Counted from the stretch's first letter, positions 1 to 14,750 are shown. The stretch is 64,000 nucleotides of DNA from Raillietiella orientalis (GCA_036172245.1 JAYWIR010000035.1:1426001-1490000), one strand, 5' to 3'. Notes: generated from the sequence alone by a model not told the origin. Translations and numbers: made by a program.

Positions 1-599
1 CACCAGTCTAACTGGTAAGTACTTTTCCACTATTCTTAACAGAAAAAAAAATCAAAAATTTGAATGACTACCCTCAAAACACTGTAACTTTCTTATTTAA
101 TTCACTCTATCACTTAATATGTTTCTGAAAATCTCGTACACGCTGCACTACATATTTTGTCATCATTTGCATCATGTAAAGTGAACTCACAAATGAAGAG
201 TATGCTGAGATCACATGCTCCATTTTATAAATAATTACAATCTGCAAATATGTGCATGCAATCAATGTGTTACAAAGCTGCATTACCAAAAGCTCTGTTG
301 CAAACTTTTTATTCTCTAATCAAAACATGATTTGCAATTTTCTTTTACACAGCCTTCGTAATTAATCATGGAAAAATGCTGACTGACTTCAAGGAAAATG
401 TGCACATTTTAGATACGCGATTTTCTAAAACAACAATTCAAACATCCAGTGAGAGTATTTACACAATACTTATTAGTTATTCCTTATGAATACTGAAAAA
501 TACACCACATCATGCTTGCGAATAATGATAACGACAAAGTTCCGTCGTGATCTTTTAAAGAAATATATCAGTGAAAGGCTTCATTTCTCACACTCATGG

Positions 600-2300
600 A
601 TCTCTCACCCTTTAGTCTGGCAAGCTGTTTCAATGGGGCAATGATGATATGAATTAACTTAACACTAGCACGTTAAGAGAATTCAAAATATCGAACATAT
701 ATCGAATCATTGTGCTTCTTGATTACATGAAATGCTGTTTTCGCAACCAAAATTGGCAAATTAATTTGCATTATGGAAGTGTGCTTTCTACATATCAAAA
801 ACATGAAAATAATACTTTCCATTTCTCAATAGCCATGCATAAGAATTAAAATTCTATACATAACATGTTGCAGTAATTTAGGAAGGCATCATATCACTAT
901 TGAATGATCAGGTGATTTATGTATCATGATTAGATGATACAAAAATTACTAGGTCCATGTGTTTTCAACATAATGCTTATCCACATATTTACATACAACA
1001 TCTTTTTGCTAATCCTAGGTGAATAATTAGCTAAGTTAGCAAACATCCTAGGTTGCAAATCAGCTAAACCTTTCCCAAAACTTTTAAAATGCAGAGGTGG
1101 AGAAACCCATAAAAGAAACCTCAGAATTAATGAACTAAAAGACATTTACTGCTTCCTCTAGAACTTCAGCATCATTACTGATTACCTATTTTATGACCAT
1201 TAGATTTGCATTTCTTCAGATTATGCATATTTGGTCCCTGAACATTCATTTTGAAATTCTGAAATTTATTTCATTGATAATGATAATTATTTATGGAAAG
1301 CTAATATTTTAATGTAATAAATTCCATTGTTACTTAAATAATCGTTAAAGAACGCAACTAAATTGGATGTACTGTAAGAATTTACACATAGCTTCGGGGC
1401 AGTCAAGCTCAGGAAAACACCAACCAGAATAAGGTTTGCTCAAATTGTCCCAAACTGTATTCCATAAAGAATGCCTTTATATGGCAATGAATTCATTGTC
1501 TGACTTTTCCGTTTGTTTCTTGCATTCTTGTATGAACTAGAATTGCTGATAATAAAAAACGATGGTTGATGAATGTTTTTTTTTAAGATGGCAGATGGGA
1601 TTGCTGATTATGAAGGGAGAAGAATGCAAAACTTACAACACAAATATGTCAAAGAGCAAATGCTGAAAAGCAATATGACACGCTGGATGTACGTCATATG
1701 AAGAATACTAGTGATTACATTAAAAAACAGACACACACAAAGAAAACCAATGATGCTCACATTAATTTCTTCTCTACTTTGCAAAGGATAATTTCTACTG
1801 GATTTAAAGAGCGACAAATAGGTAAATTAATAGCCTTTTGCAACATCTGTGCATTTTTCTTTATAAACTATCATAATCTTAACAGGTTCCTCCCTCCTTC
1901 AAACAGTCTTGGATTATTTCATTAAATTTATGGAATAAACAATAAAACCATTTTATGGTGACTTCTTGAGTATAATCTATATTACCTTGGTTTCCTAACT
2001 CCTATTTGAATGATTTTAAATGACATTTTCAAAAATATCCAATCAATCAAATCAAAACTGATCTGATATTTAATCAATTCCACCAATAATAATTTCACTG
2101 ATTCATATAGATTTCAACAAACAAAAATCTCCAGCAAAATTGATAGATCCCTTTTCAGCATTTGTATTTAAATGATTCTCTTATAACTGCACGTTGAATT
2201 TTTCATTAACCAAAAATAAATCTATCAAGAGTTTGCATTTCAGTTCAATGGCTCAATCCTTATGGTACTTTGTACAAAAAAAAAAAGCCAGGGTATTCCG
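600..2300 (-). pseudogene. Possible IR relic (very decayed)
   Basis: Hydrophobic M1/M2-like stretch in ORF 1608-1817 and an S2-like stretch at 930-1180; position fits the array spacing. Motifs are weak. Confidence 0.25.
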
Positions 2301-3189
2301 CACTTTCATATCATTCTTTTGAGCATTAATATCGATTTCCATTATTTACAAAATTCAATAGCTGTATAGATTCATCCGGAAAATTATTGAGCATCTAAGA
2401 AAATCTTAAGCTTTCCTTGAAGACTTCATGACCTTCAATTCAAATTTCTAGTTTTGTGTTTGGTATGGAAAGAGAAAATGCAATCATTTTCTAATAAACT
2501 TCTATTCTTAAATTTACAACTACTTTCTTTTCCAACCTAAGATTATTTCCAGAGATTTTATAACAGCAAAACACAGACTTGCTTTAGTTCCCTATCAATT
2601 TCTCAACACATACATTCACTTTAGTCGATGGAAACGAAATACACAAAGTTGTCATGTGCTTTGGTTAAATTTTCTTACTAGAGTATGATGAAAAATGTAA
2701 TGTATCTGATCAAAAACTTACTGAATGTTACAGGGGAAAATTAGTGTATGTTGTTAAATTTTTGATGTGTATGTACATTTATAAATTAATTTCATAGTCG
2801 TCTTGAAAGATAAGGATCATAGCATCCTGTAAAAGCAGAATAGCTGACTCTGTTATAAATAATTCAGCTATTCTTACATAAGTTGTTATGACTGAAATTT
2901 CATGTTTGGAGGAAGATAAAGTTAACGGTTTTGAAAATTAAATAAACAGTTTAAATAATGGCTTTGAAATTTCCACATTGTTCATATTTTCTGTCTGTCA
3001 GATAATCTAATGCCTTGAATGTATAATTTGGAATCTTCCCTATAGGAAAATTTAACCAAAGCACCTGAAAACTTGGGGTATTTCTCTTCTGTTGACAAAA
3101 GTGAATGTCTTGAGTAATTGAAAACATAGCACAAAAATAGCAATCTGATTCAAATAAAATGCAAACAAAACATTATCTGAAATTTATTT

Positions 3190-5100
3190 ACTCAAGACAA
3201 AGAAATCAAAAACATATTTACAAATTCGGAGGGTTTCACTTTATTTTCATGTCCCAGAACACCATTCATGGAATCCAATGAAATTCCAACAAAAATCCGT
3301 AATAGTTCAACAAGAAGTATAAAATATCCTTCTTTCAGGATAACATCAGTAGACTGTAATCCTTCAATGGTTTTTTGCAAAAAGTTAGCAGCATCAGGCA
3401 TTACATCAATCTAAAAAATTAAATTTTTTTAAGAATTGTCAAAATTCTTTAAAATTTTTGAATTATTAATGTGCAGTTTGGTACTGAAATGAGAGATATT
3501 CAAAAGAGGAAACTGAAATTAAGAATGCGGGAACCACTTTGCATACAACTATGATGATTGTAGTAGAAATCATGCAATAACTATAGAATCTATGAAATTC
3601 CATCATTACACTGCCCCAGGGAAACAAATCTTAATTAAAATATGAATGTATGTAATCATAAAAATTATCCAGAAACGCACAGGAACGCTAATAACAGCTA
3701 ACAGAAAACACCTGGAATCACATAACAACAAAAACCATTTCAGCAGAATGAAAAGCTTTTTTATGGATGACTTTAAGCACCAGATAAAGTTACGTTAAGG
3801 AACTCCACGAGAAGAAAAGAACCAAATATTGCCATAAACGAAATAGGGCTTTGAAAAACGGCAAAAAAAAAATGGGAAAAAAGAACTGGAATTAACACCG
3901 GTTCCAAATTGATTTCTCAACATCAAACTGATTTTCTCGGAGCAAATGTTTCATTACTACTTCAAGAATTCCACAGTATTTCTAGAGCCCTTTAAAAGTC
4001 TTAATTTTTAAAAAACAATACAGGCACGTTATCAATATATTCACTTCAATCTTCTAATCATTAAATATACATATCAAAATAATGCTGTCAACCTTCGCAA
4101 CGTATTTCTATGATATTTTCTAAGGAGATAATAATTACCTTATTGTGACTACTACTTTTTACTTTTCTATACAATTGATTTAGTCTCCCATAAATAACCT
4201 TCAGTTTAAGTTCTCCTGTTTCTTTATTCAAAATTTCACACATATCTCAATAAACTTATTCGCTTTCAATACCTCTAGTGTGTCAATACTACGAACTAAC
4301 AATACAAATGAACTACGATTTTGAAATAAGTAGACACTTTAAATCTCTCTAAACTACATTTTACTCTCATCTTGATCTCTCACTACTTCCCACGTTCTCC
4401 ATGCTGATGTGAGAAGTACCAGTCAAATAATATCGCTATGTATGTAAGAAATATGCATATACAGTATATAGAACAGAGCATACGAATATAAATAAAGGAT
4501 AAGCTTTCTCTTCATTAATATGAATTAACAAAATTTATTTTCTTTAGATATCACGGGATATCTAGCCCATGCCTATTGATTGAAAGTTTCGCAACAAATC
4601 ATGATTTATTTTGCAAAGAAGCAGCTCATAGGAAAGTTATCAATGCCTTTCAAAAAACCAAACGAATTTAAGAATTAAAATGTAACAATGGGAAGATTTT
4701 TTTCTTTCAAATATTAACCGCTTTTTTAATGATGCTTTTAGGCGATCTGAGTGTTTTTAGATGATCTTTGGTATTTACTTTAGAGATTGTTCAATTATTC
4801 AAAACACAGAATGCTAGAATGGTAAAGTTACGATTACTTTTATTCGATTTTCTGGAAAATGTCAGAAAAAATCAGTTTCTATGAAATCAATAGAAATCTG
4901 TTTCCATTGAAACTGTGCTGACAGATCAATCCATGGCTCAAAAAGGATAACTGCGTAAAATGCCACATCTATTTTTTTTCTGCAATAGTGCTAGTATTGC
5001 AGAGCACCATTGAACTGTAAGATTGATTACTCTGAGAATAAATACTCAATTAGTCAAGTCTATGGATCAAAAAAAGTCTCAATGAGGCTCATCAAACCAG
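3190..5100 (-). pseudogene. Ionotropic receptor (IR/iGluR-like) pseudogene
   Basis: S1-like QWCSAILALLQKK/IDVAF (~5010-4955), VIVTLPF*HSVF (pre-M1 PF..VW, ~4830), M3-like ILKEGYFILLVELL (ORF 3192-3401). Confidence 0.42.
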
Positions 5101-6699
5101 AGTGACTCATACACAAACAGTGTATTTCTGAATGGAAACAAAAAGCAAGGTACATAGAGAAAGCAGTAAGACATAAAGTAGAAGCGGTAGATTCAAAAGC
5201 AGAATTCTTGGTTATGTTGTTAAAGCAGTTGTGGAAAAGAAGTATAATATTAAATGGGACATTGGTTTCATTTAATGAATTTCATTAAAATTTCATTAAA
5301 CGAAATTACGTAGCTGTATGAATATGAGCCTTGAATTAGAGTGTGCTATCTTGAACCGGATCTCACCCTAAATAAATAAGAAAGAAAGAATAATGGAAAA
5401 TATTCCATTAAGATGATTAATGGGAGACAGTTTTTTTTTTTTTTTGTCTACTGAGGTAATCACCTCAGTAAAAAAAAAATCGTAATCTCCTTTATCGTAA
5501 GCAATGTTAAACAACGGTGAACTTTTTGCCGTTGTTTAACATTGAACATGATTATTTGCCAATAATTAAAGTGCACACCTCGTACAATACATAAAGTACA
5601 TTTAGAATTTCAAAGAGGATCAAACGGAAACATATAAAAACATTGCTCTGGATCCTCCATCGTAATGAACTTTCCGATCAGGGACTCATGTAGTACATGA
5701 AATGACTGTGTGATCTCATTTCTAATGGATGAACAAATTCATGACTCATTGATATCTTTGTAAACAAATAAGAAATAGTGACCATCTGTTCCTATTTTTT
5801 CCTATCTTTGAATACTCTGCTTAATTACTTTACAAAATCCCTATAAGAGCAATACAGGAGTCCCATCAAAATTAATTCTAGCCTATATGTTGTATGAGGG
5901 AATTCTATGGTACATGGTGCACAACATTCAAGATCAAATAGTTGACAGAAGTGCAAAGCACGTGTAACTGAAATTAAGGTTCCGTTTTATTACGTATTTT
6001 CGTTGTTTTAGCGGCTTTTCCGAAGTTTCAATTCCAAAAGTATATTTGAATTTTTTGCTTGATAGCTTTCAATTTGCATGATAAAAACCGTTTATAGCCA
6101 TTGGAAAAGAAGTATTTTGCAAATTGTGATTTCGATATAAATGAGAAATCGTATTTACTCCATTCACTAAAGCAGAAACACAGTATTTGAAGTGACTGAT
6201 AGTAATGAATGTAAGGGGGTTACAAGATGAAGAGTGTGAAGGCGTACATTGGAGACAGGAAAAATAGCAATTCCATTAACTCCAATGCCTAAATACTCAA
6301 GTACAATGCATTTATTAGTAAGTGTATATATGCAATTATGAGTTGCCTGAAAAAAAAAATTCACTAAAAGAGAATTTCATCATGGAAATCCTGTTTGATG
6401 AATATATTGATGAAAGATTTCATAGCTTGTAGACCTAATAAAAGTGGGAAGATATGCCATCGCATCTATACGATGGTTATATGGAGTCAGTTGAATGTAT
6501 TAATTGCCCAATTAAATGTTCTCATGCTATTTGTTGTTTTCAAGAGATTATAAAATATCATCAAATGTTTTCTTTCTATAATTGACTAAATTTCCAAGTT
6601 TTTTTGAATTAGGATTGGACTTACATTAAAATCAAACGCCAATTTAATCGAAGATCCACATTCTTGAGTATTTGATTTGGATCAAGTTCAGGTGACACT

Positions 6700-8400
6700 A
6701 TCACCTTTAGACTATGTAATGAATGATATATAGAATTTAGAATTAGGGGGCTCATTTCAATTAGTGCACGGATGCCTTTGGTGTTCGGATCCGAAACATT
6801 TCTCTTCTACACCTCTGTGCGGTAGAGTATCTTAACCAGAGTGTCCGATGGCACTGCTACTCACCGAATGTTATGAACAAATGAAAAAAGCTGAAAATGA
6901 TTAGCATCTGTTCTTTTCCAAGTAGTCGAGTGCTTCGTGCTTGACCAAGATGTCAAACCAAAACGGCTTGCACGAATCACGTCTTTCGTCCAACATCACA
7001 CTAAGTGAATCCTGAGGTCTTATTTTTATTCTTTGATGTTTTTGTTTGGGATATCATGGTACCTCGTCAACTTACTATTCATTTACAGCCATGTAATCAA
7101 TCGATTTGTTTTCGGATCCTCCTGTGAAGTCATGTCGCCACTTGAAAATTCAGGCTATAAATCATGAAAACATGTTTTGTATTGCACCTCCTAATTAACA
7201 AGCCTCATATCCAGACAAGGAGAAAAAGTAGGCATGCAATAGATACGATGAGTAAAAAACAATCTCATCAAAAATATACGACTTTTTCATCAAACCTGCA
7301 ATTTCAGTTCTTTTGGAATAAGATCCACGCAAGTCATGCACGGTCTTTCAGTTGCTGTTGACTAGGTTAAACTTCAGGAACTCGCCTCGTCACTTTAGGT
7401 AAAACACTTGAGAAAAAATTCGTTTTTGTGAATGCAAGTTGCACTTCCTTTATCTCTGTTTATGTCTAAGATTCTTTCAGGAAAGGTTAGAGAAATTATC
7501 TATAGAGTTATGTCTATTAATCATTCTTTACGTGGTGGATTTCCTTAATCAGGAATCTTGCGAGTGATAAAAGATGGGCATATCGAAACATGCATATGAT
7601 TAAGGATCGAATCGTCATTGAGTTTCTTTCTAAACCAAATATGTAAGTACATAGTTTAGCACTGATGTTCCAATCCAATATTAAATGCTCAAATGGCTGT
7701 TGCTGTTTTGTTACATTTCCGGCTTCTCATTGTGGCTCATGGTAACCGTGTGTATGGTGTTTTTCTGTCTTCAAAAGAAGAAAAAATCTACAAAACAAGA
7801 AGTGGAAAAATTCCCAATTTTTTCCAAGTTGGAAAAGGCGGTTTCTTAACAAGGATCTAACCACTTTTGCGCTTCTAAAAAAGTAATTAGATTTCACAAC
7901 AGCCGTAGAACAAAATTGGAGCATTTTAACACAGCTTAATCCTTTTTCGAGGAAAGTTTTCCTCGCTCCACTCGTCATGGAAATCTGTTCCAAATCCACG
8001 GGATCATGCTCAGTATGAAAGTATGAAGATTCCAGGTTAGGGATGTACCACAAACATGTAAGATATACATCAGGAATGCCTAAAACCGACTGTCTTGGTG
8101 CCCTATATATGCAAGATCACAATCAGATTACGTCCTCAATGCTACCCATGCATCCAAAGTCTAAGAAAGTAGCTTTGATAATTCAGTTTAAGATCAACAT
8201 TAAGCCCAGATATACGCCTATCAAAGCTTCGTTAATACAGATAGGCATTTGTTTTACTTATTCTTCTCCAACGCTGCTTTTCATATTTGGTACTTTTCCT
8301 TTTTCCTGTTACCACATGGTACCTTGGAATTTCCAATATCTTGTGTTCTTCATCTGATGGCAGTATTGGGGGGGGAACATTACAATGGAACAACGCCAAA
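6700..8400 (-). pseudogene. IR pseudogene
   Basis: VDLEQISMTSGAR (cf. AD...IT.ER), hydrophobic M1 with W in ORF 7727-8053, S2-end VMLDERRDSCKPF..ILVKHEA near 6950. Confidence 0.38.
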
Positions 8401-8639
8401 ATTTTCAATTTCGGGCACTCGTCTAGCGAATTGCTTATTGCTGCAATCTGCTTTTGTAAACATGCATACCACCAACTTTTTTGATCCGGATGAGAGATGG
8501 ATTATAGAACAAAACAAAAGTGACAGAACAAAAGACTAAGTGCACAGTCTTTTCAAGGATAATCGATATTCCGAAAACGTACATTTGGGAATGCCTGGAA
8601 AAGCTTCTTTATTTGCCGTATCTCTATGAACTCTTGGCT

Positions 8640-9910
8640 GAAATATTAAACATCCTTTCCTTTTAGGACTTTAAGAGTGTGTGTGCCATTCATGCCCACA
8701 AGATCGTAGCAGAATTCTGGATCCAGTAAAATATGTGACATGCATTCGAAACGTCCTTGAATCATTACTCTGAAGCATCTGAGTCTGGCCAGTGATTTAC
8801 TGCAAACTGAACTTTCAAGACGTCGTACTCTACTGAATGCTCCACAAAATCCCCTCTCTCTATGCTTATGAAAATTATGAAGAAGACACATCTGGGATTC
8901 TCACCTACGGCTCTCACAGCTTCACAATGCATAATGTTAATATGAAAAACGAATGCTCTTTCACTCCTCCCTAATTTTGTAAGGCGTGAAAGAAATGGCT
9001 ACCGAGGTTTCAGCTACTCAGAATAGGAATTTGAAAGAGACACCTCATCCTGCGTATAGTGACTGTCGAAACTGAAAGCATTTTTTTTAGGATCGTGCTT
9101 TTTTAGGATGATTTGTGAGAACACCTACTAAGGAACATCAGCGCAAAGCGGTTCGTATCCGTAATAGTTTTTCCTGACAAACCACCAAACTTCTGTGACC
9201 TTCCAGATCTTTGCCGTCTCTGGCGAGAGGTCATCGGAACCGAAACACGTGAACGGGCAGCCGCCAAATGTTCTCATTCCACAGGAATGGTTGGTGGCTT
9301 TGCATCTATAGTCATTAAAAAGGAAGCAAGCAGCAAGGGTGATCCCGTCCGTCATTGGTTGCATTGCAACAAATCTGCGAACGCATACGTCATGGATACA
9401 CAATGCACACAATTTTCTTTTTAGAACGTGTTTCAAAATTACAAACCCAAAAAGGTGATAAACATCAGCAGAGACATGAAAAACAGAAAAAATTTGGAAA
9501 CGGCTACACTCTTCTCACTGACTCCTCGATATCAGTGTCGATGTAGGAGCCGAATTTTCAAAGGTCGATCAAACTTCAAAAAGAAAAAAAGTGTTCAGTC
9601 CGTTTTCATGCAAATTCACCAGCAGCCTAAACATGTCCATTTCAGATGGGGAGAATCACAGTCTCCTTCTTGTTTCTCTTCCCATTCTTTCGATTCCACC
9701 TTGCCATCCTCTGAAGTTCTACAGCTTCCGAACACAGCAAAGGCATCCTCTCCCCAAATCATCTCCGTAATCTGTTCGGGATTCTCGGAATTCTTGAATT
9801 TCAAAAATCGGAATTCGTGAATTCCTGTAATCTGGACCAAGCGTGGGCGACATATACATATATGTAAGTATGCATGAGTACACGCACGTATCTTGCTCTC
9901 AGTTTCCATC
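8640..9910 (-). pseudogene. IR pseudogene
   Basis: S1 GIHEFRFLK..FGSCRTSEDGK..QEGDCD (ORF 9616-9909); S2 SPETAKIWK (9128-9436); S2-end RGFCGAFSRVRRLESS (8646-8891). Confidence 0.5.
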
Positions 9911-9949
9911 CGGTGCAGCAGATGAGAAACGAAAAATGGCGATCTTACT

Positions 9950-12600
9950 CTCCCTTATCCAGGCGCACTGTTTACGGAACCTTTGACTGACATTATCCCG
10001 AAGTCCTGGGGTTCCTCTTGATCCCCATTTCCGACCGGAGTGTTGATGTTCGAGTTCGGCTTCAGCAGAAACTTCTGCTCGATTTTGGATCTGGTCCTGC
10101 TCGCCAGATTACAAGCTCCGCATCAAAAGAGACCATCAAAAGCAGAATTCCCGTCACCTAAGCCATGCTTCAATCAAGATCCAGGCGAAGTTTAGGTTCC
10201 CGTCTCAGTTACACTTGATCGCTGTCGCTCATTCTTTCGAGGTTCATCTTCCCAGCAAAGCAATGCTGCCGACTTATCCAGGGATGCGAGAGAAAACAGG
10301 AAACAGAAAAGCAACAGCAGCAGCAAAAAGGACGAATTTCTCCCGGATTGAGGGAAATTTTCCATCTGTTGCTGGAGGCCGAATCCCTGCAGCTTTTTTT
10401 TTTTTTTTTCGTTTCCGTCTCCATGTCCTGGGCAGTTTCTTTGTCATGCATTATTTGCATGTGCGCGAGAACGCATGCTGACCTCCCGAGCTCCAAATGC
10501 TCCACAGTGGATCTTTTTCTTCTGCATGTAAGCGCGCCTTTCCATCCGTCAGGTGATCCCCAAGAAGCTTCAGGTCGCAAGAAGACAACCTTTTTTTTTT
10601 TTTTTTTGGTGAGGAATGTCCACAACGGAACCAGATCTTCGACTTGAGGACCTTGCACACTGTAAGGAGCAGAGACTCTCGAGGCAGTGGCCTTCCAAAG
10701 TTGCGCGTGTCACCTCCCAAAGCTAGACGTCCTGAGGAAAGGGCGTGCTGTTGTGAGCACTGAGACATGAAACGAACAGCTTGCACGTCCCGAGGACCGG
10801 ATGCGCTTGCATTCACCCTGCCGGCTCTCCCCCACCCAGGGAATCGCGGGCGGAAAGGGCGTTCCAGGGCTCCCCAAGCTCAGAGTGGGGAGTGCGGTTT
10901 GGATCATCTTTCAGCGAAGTCAAAGGTACGGGAGGAAAAGGGACCAAGCTGAGTACAGGACTGGGGAATGCCGACCTAAAGTGCATTTGGTTGTTCCCTG
11001 CAGTAGCCACATTAGCGCCCAACTGCCTGGAGGGGATCATGACCCATAGCGCAGTTACAAGTAGAGAAGCAGAAAGGAGAATGGGTATGAGGAGTGGGCA
11101 TTATATTTTGTCGATAATTTTGAATTTCTTAGTCATGGTAAGAGGTGGAGTTGCTGCAAAGGAAACTAAGACGTTTTCATTATCTATTATAGAGGATAGT
11201 TGTTGTCTTGAGTATTAGCTGGTGTGTATAGGTTGACGGAGTCGATGGCAAAAGGTTGAGGTGTAATGATGGTGACTATAGGATTAAAATTGATGAGGGG
11301 TTCGATGGGTAGAAACTGAATTAGTAGCGTAGGGGAGTTGATATGTGGTGGGTGGATGTTGAGGGGTGTATGATATGTCAGAAAAGAAATATTTTATAGT
11401 ATCCATCTTAAACTTGTTGTTTAAGATGCGTTATGTTAGATAAACAGAAGATATTCCTGAGTTTGATATTTAGAGTTTCGTAGTGTACTGAATGAGTTTG
11501 ATTTAGGTATTGTAAGTCCTAAAATCCGAAGGTAGTAAAATTTTCAATTCTGTGTTGAGTAGCATTTTGGGGAAGTTGGTTGAAGATTAATTATTCATAA
11601 TTCAAATTATAAATGGTTAGTTATTTGAAGAATACAAAGGTTAAGGGTTGGGTCGAAACGAACTGCGTAATCACTTCATGCCTTTGTATTCACGAAATAG
11701 CTACGGTATACAATTCATATTTTAATCTCAAGATTAGAAGGAGAATTAATGATAGTGATGAAATAGCTCTGCAAGATAAATATGAAAATGGGAAGAGAGG
11801 TAGTAAAAGAAGGATGATAGCTAGATCAATATGGAAGACTAAGAAAGTAATCATTAAGGAGAACGGGAGAGAAAATGGATAACGCGTTAATTTTGAGGTC
11901 GAATTTGCAGCCAAAAAGGGGATGAAGTATTGTAGCTAAATGGTAGTATAGGTTTAAGGTTCATTGTAAGTGAAGAAATGATAATAATAATTGAAAAGGA
12001 AGGTAGGAGAAACTTCATTTCCTTAAAGAAGAGATAAAATGATAAAACCACTAATCAAGGACTAGACGTGCTTGGAGTTATCTCGTCAGGTAAGTGAATC
12101 ATTGATTGATTGCTAGAATGCTAATTAATATGAAAAGTAAATATTTTCGTCTGCAAAAGCAATGTTATTATTTTAACTATAATTTTAATGAGGAGGGGCT
12201 GCTCTGCGTACTTGCTGTCACTGAGGTACAAGGCCAGGCGGGGTTTGAGCTCAAACCAGTTCTCGACCTTTCAGATGGTCATCGAGTCGTGCACAATGTC
12301 AGAGAATGTTTGTCAAATTAGATCTTGGGTTACAGCGGGGTACCGGATCCGTATGCAGATGGGATGCAGCAAAATGACGGGAAATACAAGAAGATAGAAA
12401 CGGTGGAACACAACATTGCAAAGATTTTCTAATCAACACATCGAAAGATGATGGATGTACATCAGTTTCAAACATTACTTGCGGGACCGGCACTGATTCT
12501 GAATTATCACTTGAAGCTGGGTTAAGCGTCAGTTGGTGAATCCGATAAAATGCTCCAGTGTGCTGTACAGGCGAGATGGAATCGGGGGAAAGTGGGGGCA
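9950..12600 (-). pseudogene. IR pseudogene interrupted by the 11045-12060 insertion
   Basis: KSLQCCVPPF (S1 start); after the insertion GANVATAG..FRSAFPSP, PFPPAIPW, QHALSSGRLALGG..SLLLTV (P/M2; cf. SSGRLL.G.W...LTV), PQVEDL. Confidence 0.55.
11045..12060 (-). mobile_element. Decayed retroelement insertion, possibly Penelope-like RT
   Basis: Sharply bounded block that is C-poor on the + strand. Minus-strand fragments loosely resemble Penelope RT motifs (LVFHID..FTTSLP, YKGMK..SSFRP, LGLTI, QLPY). It splits an IR relic. Confidence 0.35.
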
Positions 12601-13519
12601 CTTGACAACTGGGTTGCTAAAGAGGCAAACTGGCTAAGTTTGTGCAATGATCTGGCAAAGTCTGGTGATGGGTTTGATGCTGTTTTCTGTTGAGGAAATT
12701 TCGTTCGCCCTTTGCCAAAAGAAAACTGGCTCCAAACAAAAGATGGCACTTCAGAATTCCAATAAATTTGTTCGGCATGGAGGTATTTTATGACCAATAA
12801 TAGGAAACATCATGTACGGGAAGCACATCAAAGGCATCAAAAGAGCTGTGCTGCTCATAAACGGGCAACGGAGCCTCATCGTTCCGGACTACAACATGCA
12901 TGTCTCCTCACTCTACGCCACGAGTAGTGATATCTCTGCACATTAGATGCACACATATACAATGTCAACAGTTTGGTTGTATACGACTTAATGTCGATTA
13001 GGGGTGCGAACAAATGCTAGAGGCACCTCGATCCTCTCTATCTAATCCTTTGTACCAGGCTGTGGTGCTCAGGGGGTTGCTTATCAAGCAAGTCCGGCGG
13101 TCTAATCGATGCCCAGAGAATGCTTTTTTTTTTCTGAGAAGGGGATAAAAGTTAACCCGGAAAACCATGCCCGATTCGTGTTGCATGAATGTGTGTAGCC
13201 CTCCATGGCGTTTCTGCAATTTGCGCAGTTTTTGTCGGGCGGTGGCCGTTGACCGTCCAGTCAGCTGAGCACTGAAATCAGTGCCTCACGGTGCGAAGAC
13301 TTCGGTCGCATTGGCACCCAAAGTTCACCTCTCGAAACGTTCACGCTCGAGAACGCGCAAATCGAAAAGCAGATTCACTGTCACCAACAGTTTGGGGGAG
13401 GAAATTAGCGCGTGCCATGAGCACGCCGTCCCTCTGTTCCCGTCCCTCGATTTTCTGATCGCAGATCGAAATATCTTCAAAAGACATCAAAACGCTTCAC
13501 AAGGATTATCAAATGAACT

Positions 13520-14750
13520 GATTTACTTACAATGAGTGGCCGTACTGAGTGCAGCTCCTAGGAATCCAAAGAGATGGCAGTCACTCAATATGACATCCGA
13601 TACGTAGAGGCGTGCAGGAGAGTTTGCTTGGGCAGTGCTTCTCCCTTTCAGTGCCATCCATTTTCAAAAGACAAAACGATCCACCGTGTGACGCGGAACT
13701 GGTTGTGCGATTGTCCATAAAAATTGTTCCTAAGCGGCATCCTGGAGCTGGTGACGGCGAGGAGGACATATGGGAAAAGAGAAGTGGCTGTGTTGGTAAA
13801 AAAAACGCAGTCCCTCCGAGAATCCGAGAGCATCCAAGAATGTTGGATGCTGGAAGGCTCCATCTCTTTTCCGAGGTCCTCCTGTTTGGCGCAGATTTTT
13901 TTTTTTTTTTTTTTTTTTTTATTTTAGCCTTTTTAGCATCGCGCCGTTCCTTGTGTACCAGGCTCCCAAGGAAGCCAAAGTTGACACAGACACTCTTTTG
14001 GAGATATGGCCAGTCCGTCTTTGACGTTTGCTCCCTTCGAGCTTTCATGATTTCCTCGTGTCTGTCGCTGAGCTCTGACAGAGCCAGGAGACGACGTCCA
14101 GAAGGATTACTTGCCCCACGACCTGAAGTCAGAACGGCGCGTTGTTCCTAGCTATTGGCTCGGAGTCCAGCAGATTTCAGCTTTCCGGGTAACTCCTGTT
14201 GATCCACGCTAGTAGGACTCTGCGTCCACAGTCGGCGAGGGTGAAGCTGAAGCAGTGATTGAGGTGGAGAGAAGCAGTCTCACTATTCTCAATGAGGATG
14301 AGCCTCCACTCATCAAGAAGCAAGATGAGCGACTCACTCTACAACAGATATGAATGCTTGCATGCCCGATCGAAGGGATTTCTGAAACTCTCCAACTTAT
14401 GGCACGAGACCCACAGTTTCGCGATAGATAGGTGCTTAGGTATCGAAGTTGGCGAGATCCAGCCGTACGAGACCCTTCTCTAAAAACTCTACATTCAGTG
14501 GTTAAAGGGAACGTGTGGCAGTACCACTCTTCCACCAGTGGAAGAGGACTCGGTCGAAATCACCCCCGGAGAGGGGAAGTTTAATAAGCAGCGACATAAG
14601 TAGGTGAACAGTGAAGAGGAAAGCTTCCTGCCGTTCTCAAGTGGGATCTGTCACGAACTTGAGAACGCAGTGCAAAACCCACAAGACTTTGTGACAGCTA
14701 GCAAGTATTGAGGAAGTCCAAAGAGTCTGACCCATCTTTGGATCCTACCT
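13520..14750 (-). pseudogene. IR pseudogene
   Basis: T*ERQEAFLFT (cf. ITEER.EAVDFT) at ~14640, LVEEWYC (cf. PF..EVW.C), MSGGSSSLRIVRLLL (P/M2), NVKDGL, PGCRLGTIF (cf. KGSPL..FN). Confidence 0.58.

Noticed and set aside
3222..3410. Apparent minus-strand phase-0 exon (ttttag|...|gtaaat) of a separate gene
   Set aside because: No partner exons found, and the peptide fits an IR M3/C-terminus in register with the array; a real exon cannot be fully excluded.
4020..4400. Second, plus-strand Penelope-like remnant
   Set aside because: Only compositional skew and very weak motifs; insufficient support.
11045..12060. NUMT, suggested by strand skew
   Set aside because: No recognisable mitochondrial protein, rRNA or tRNA sequence.
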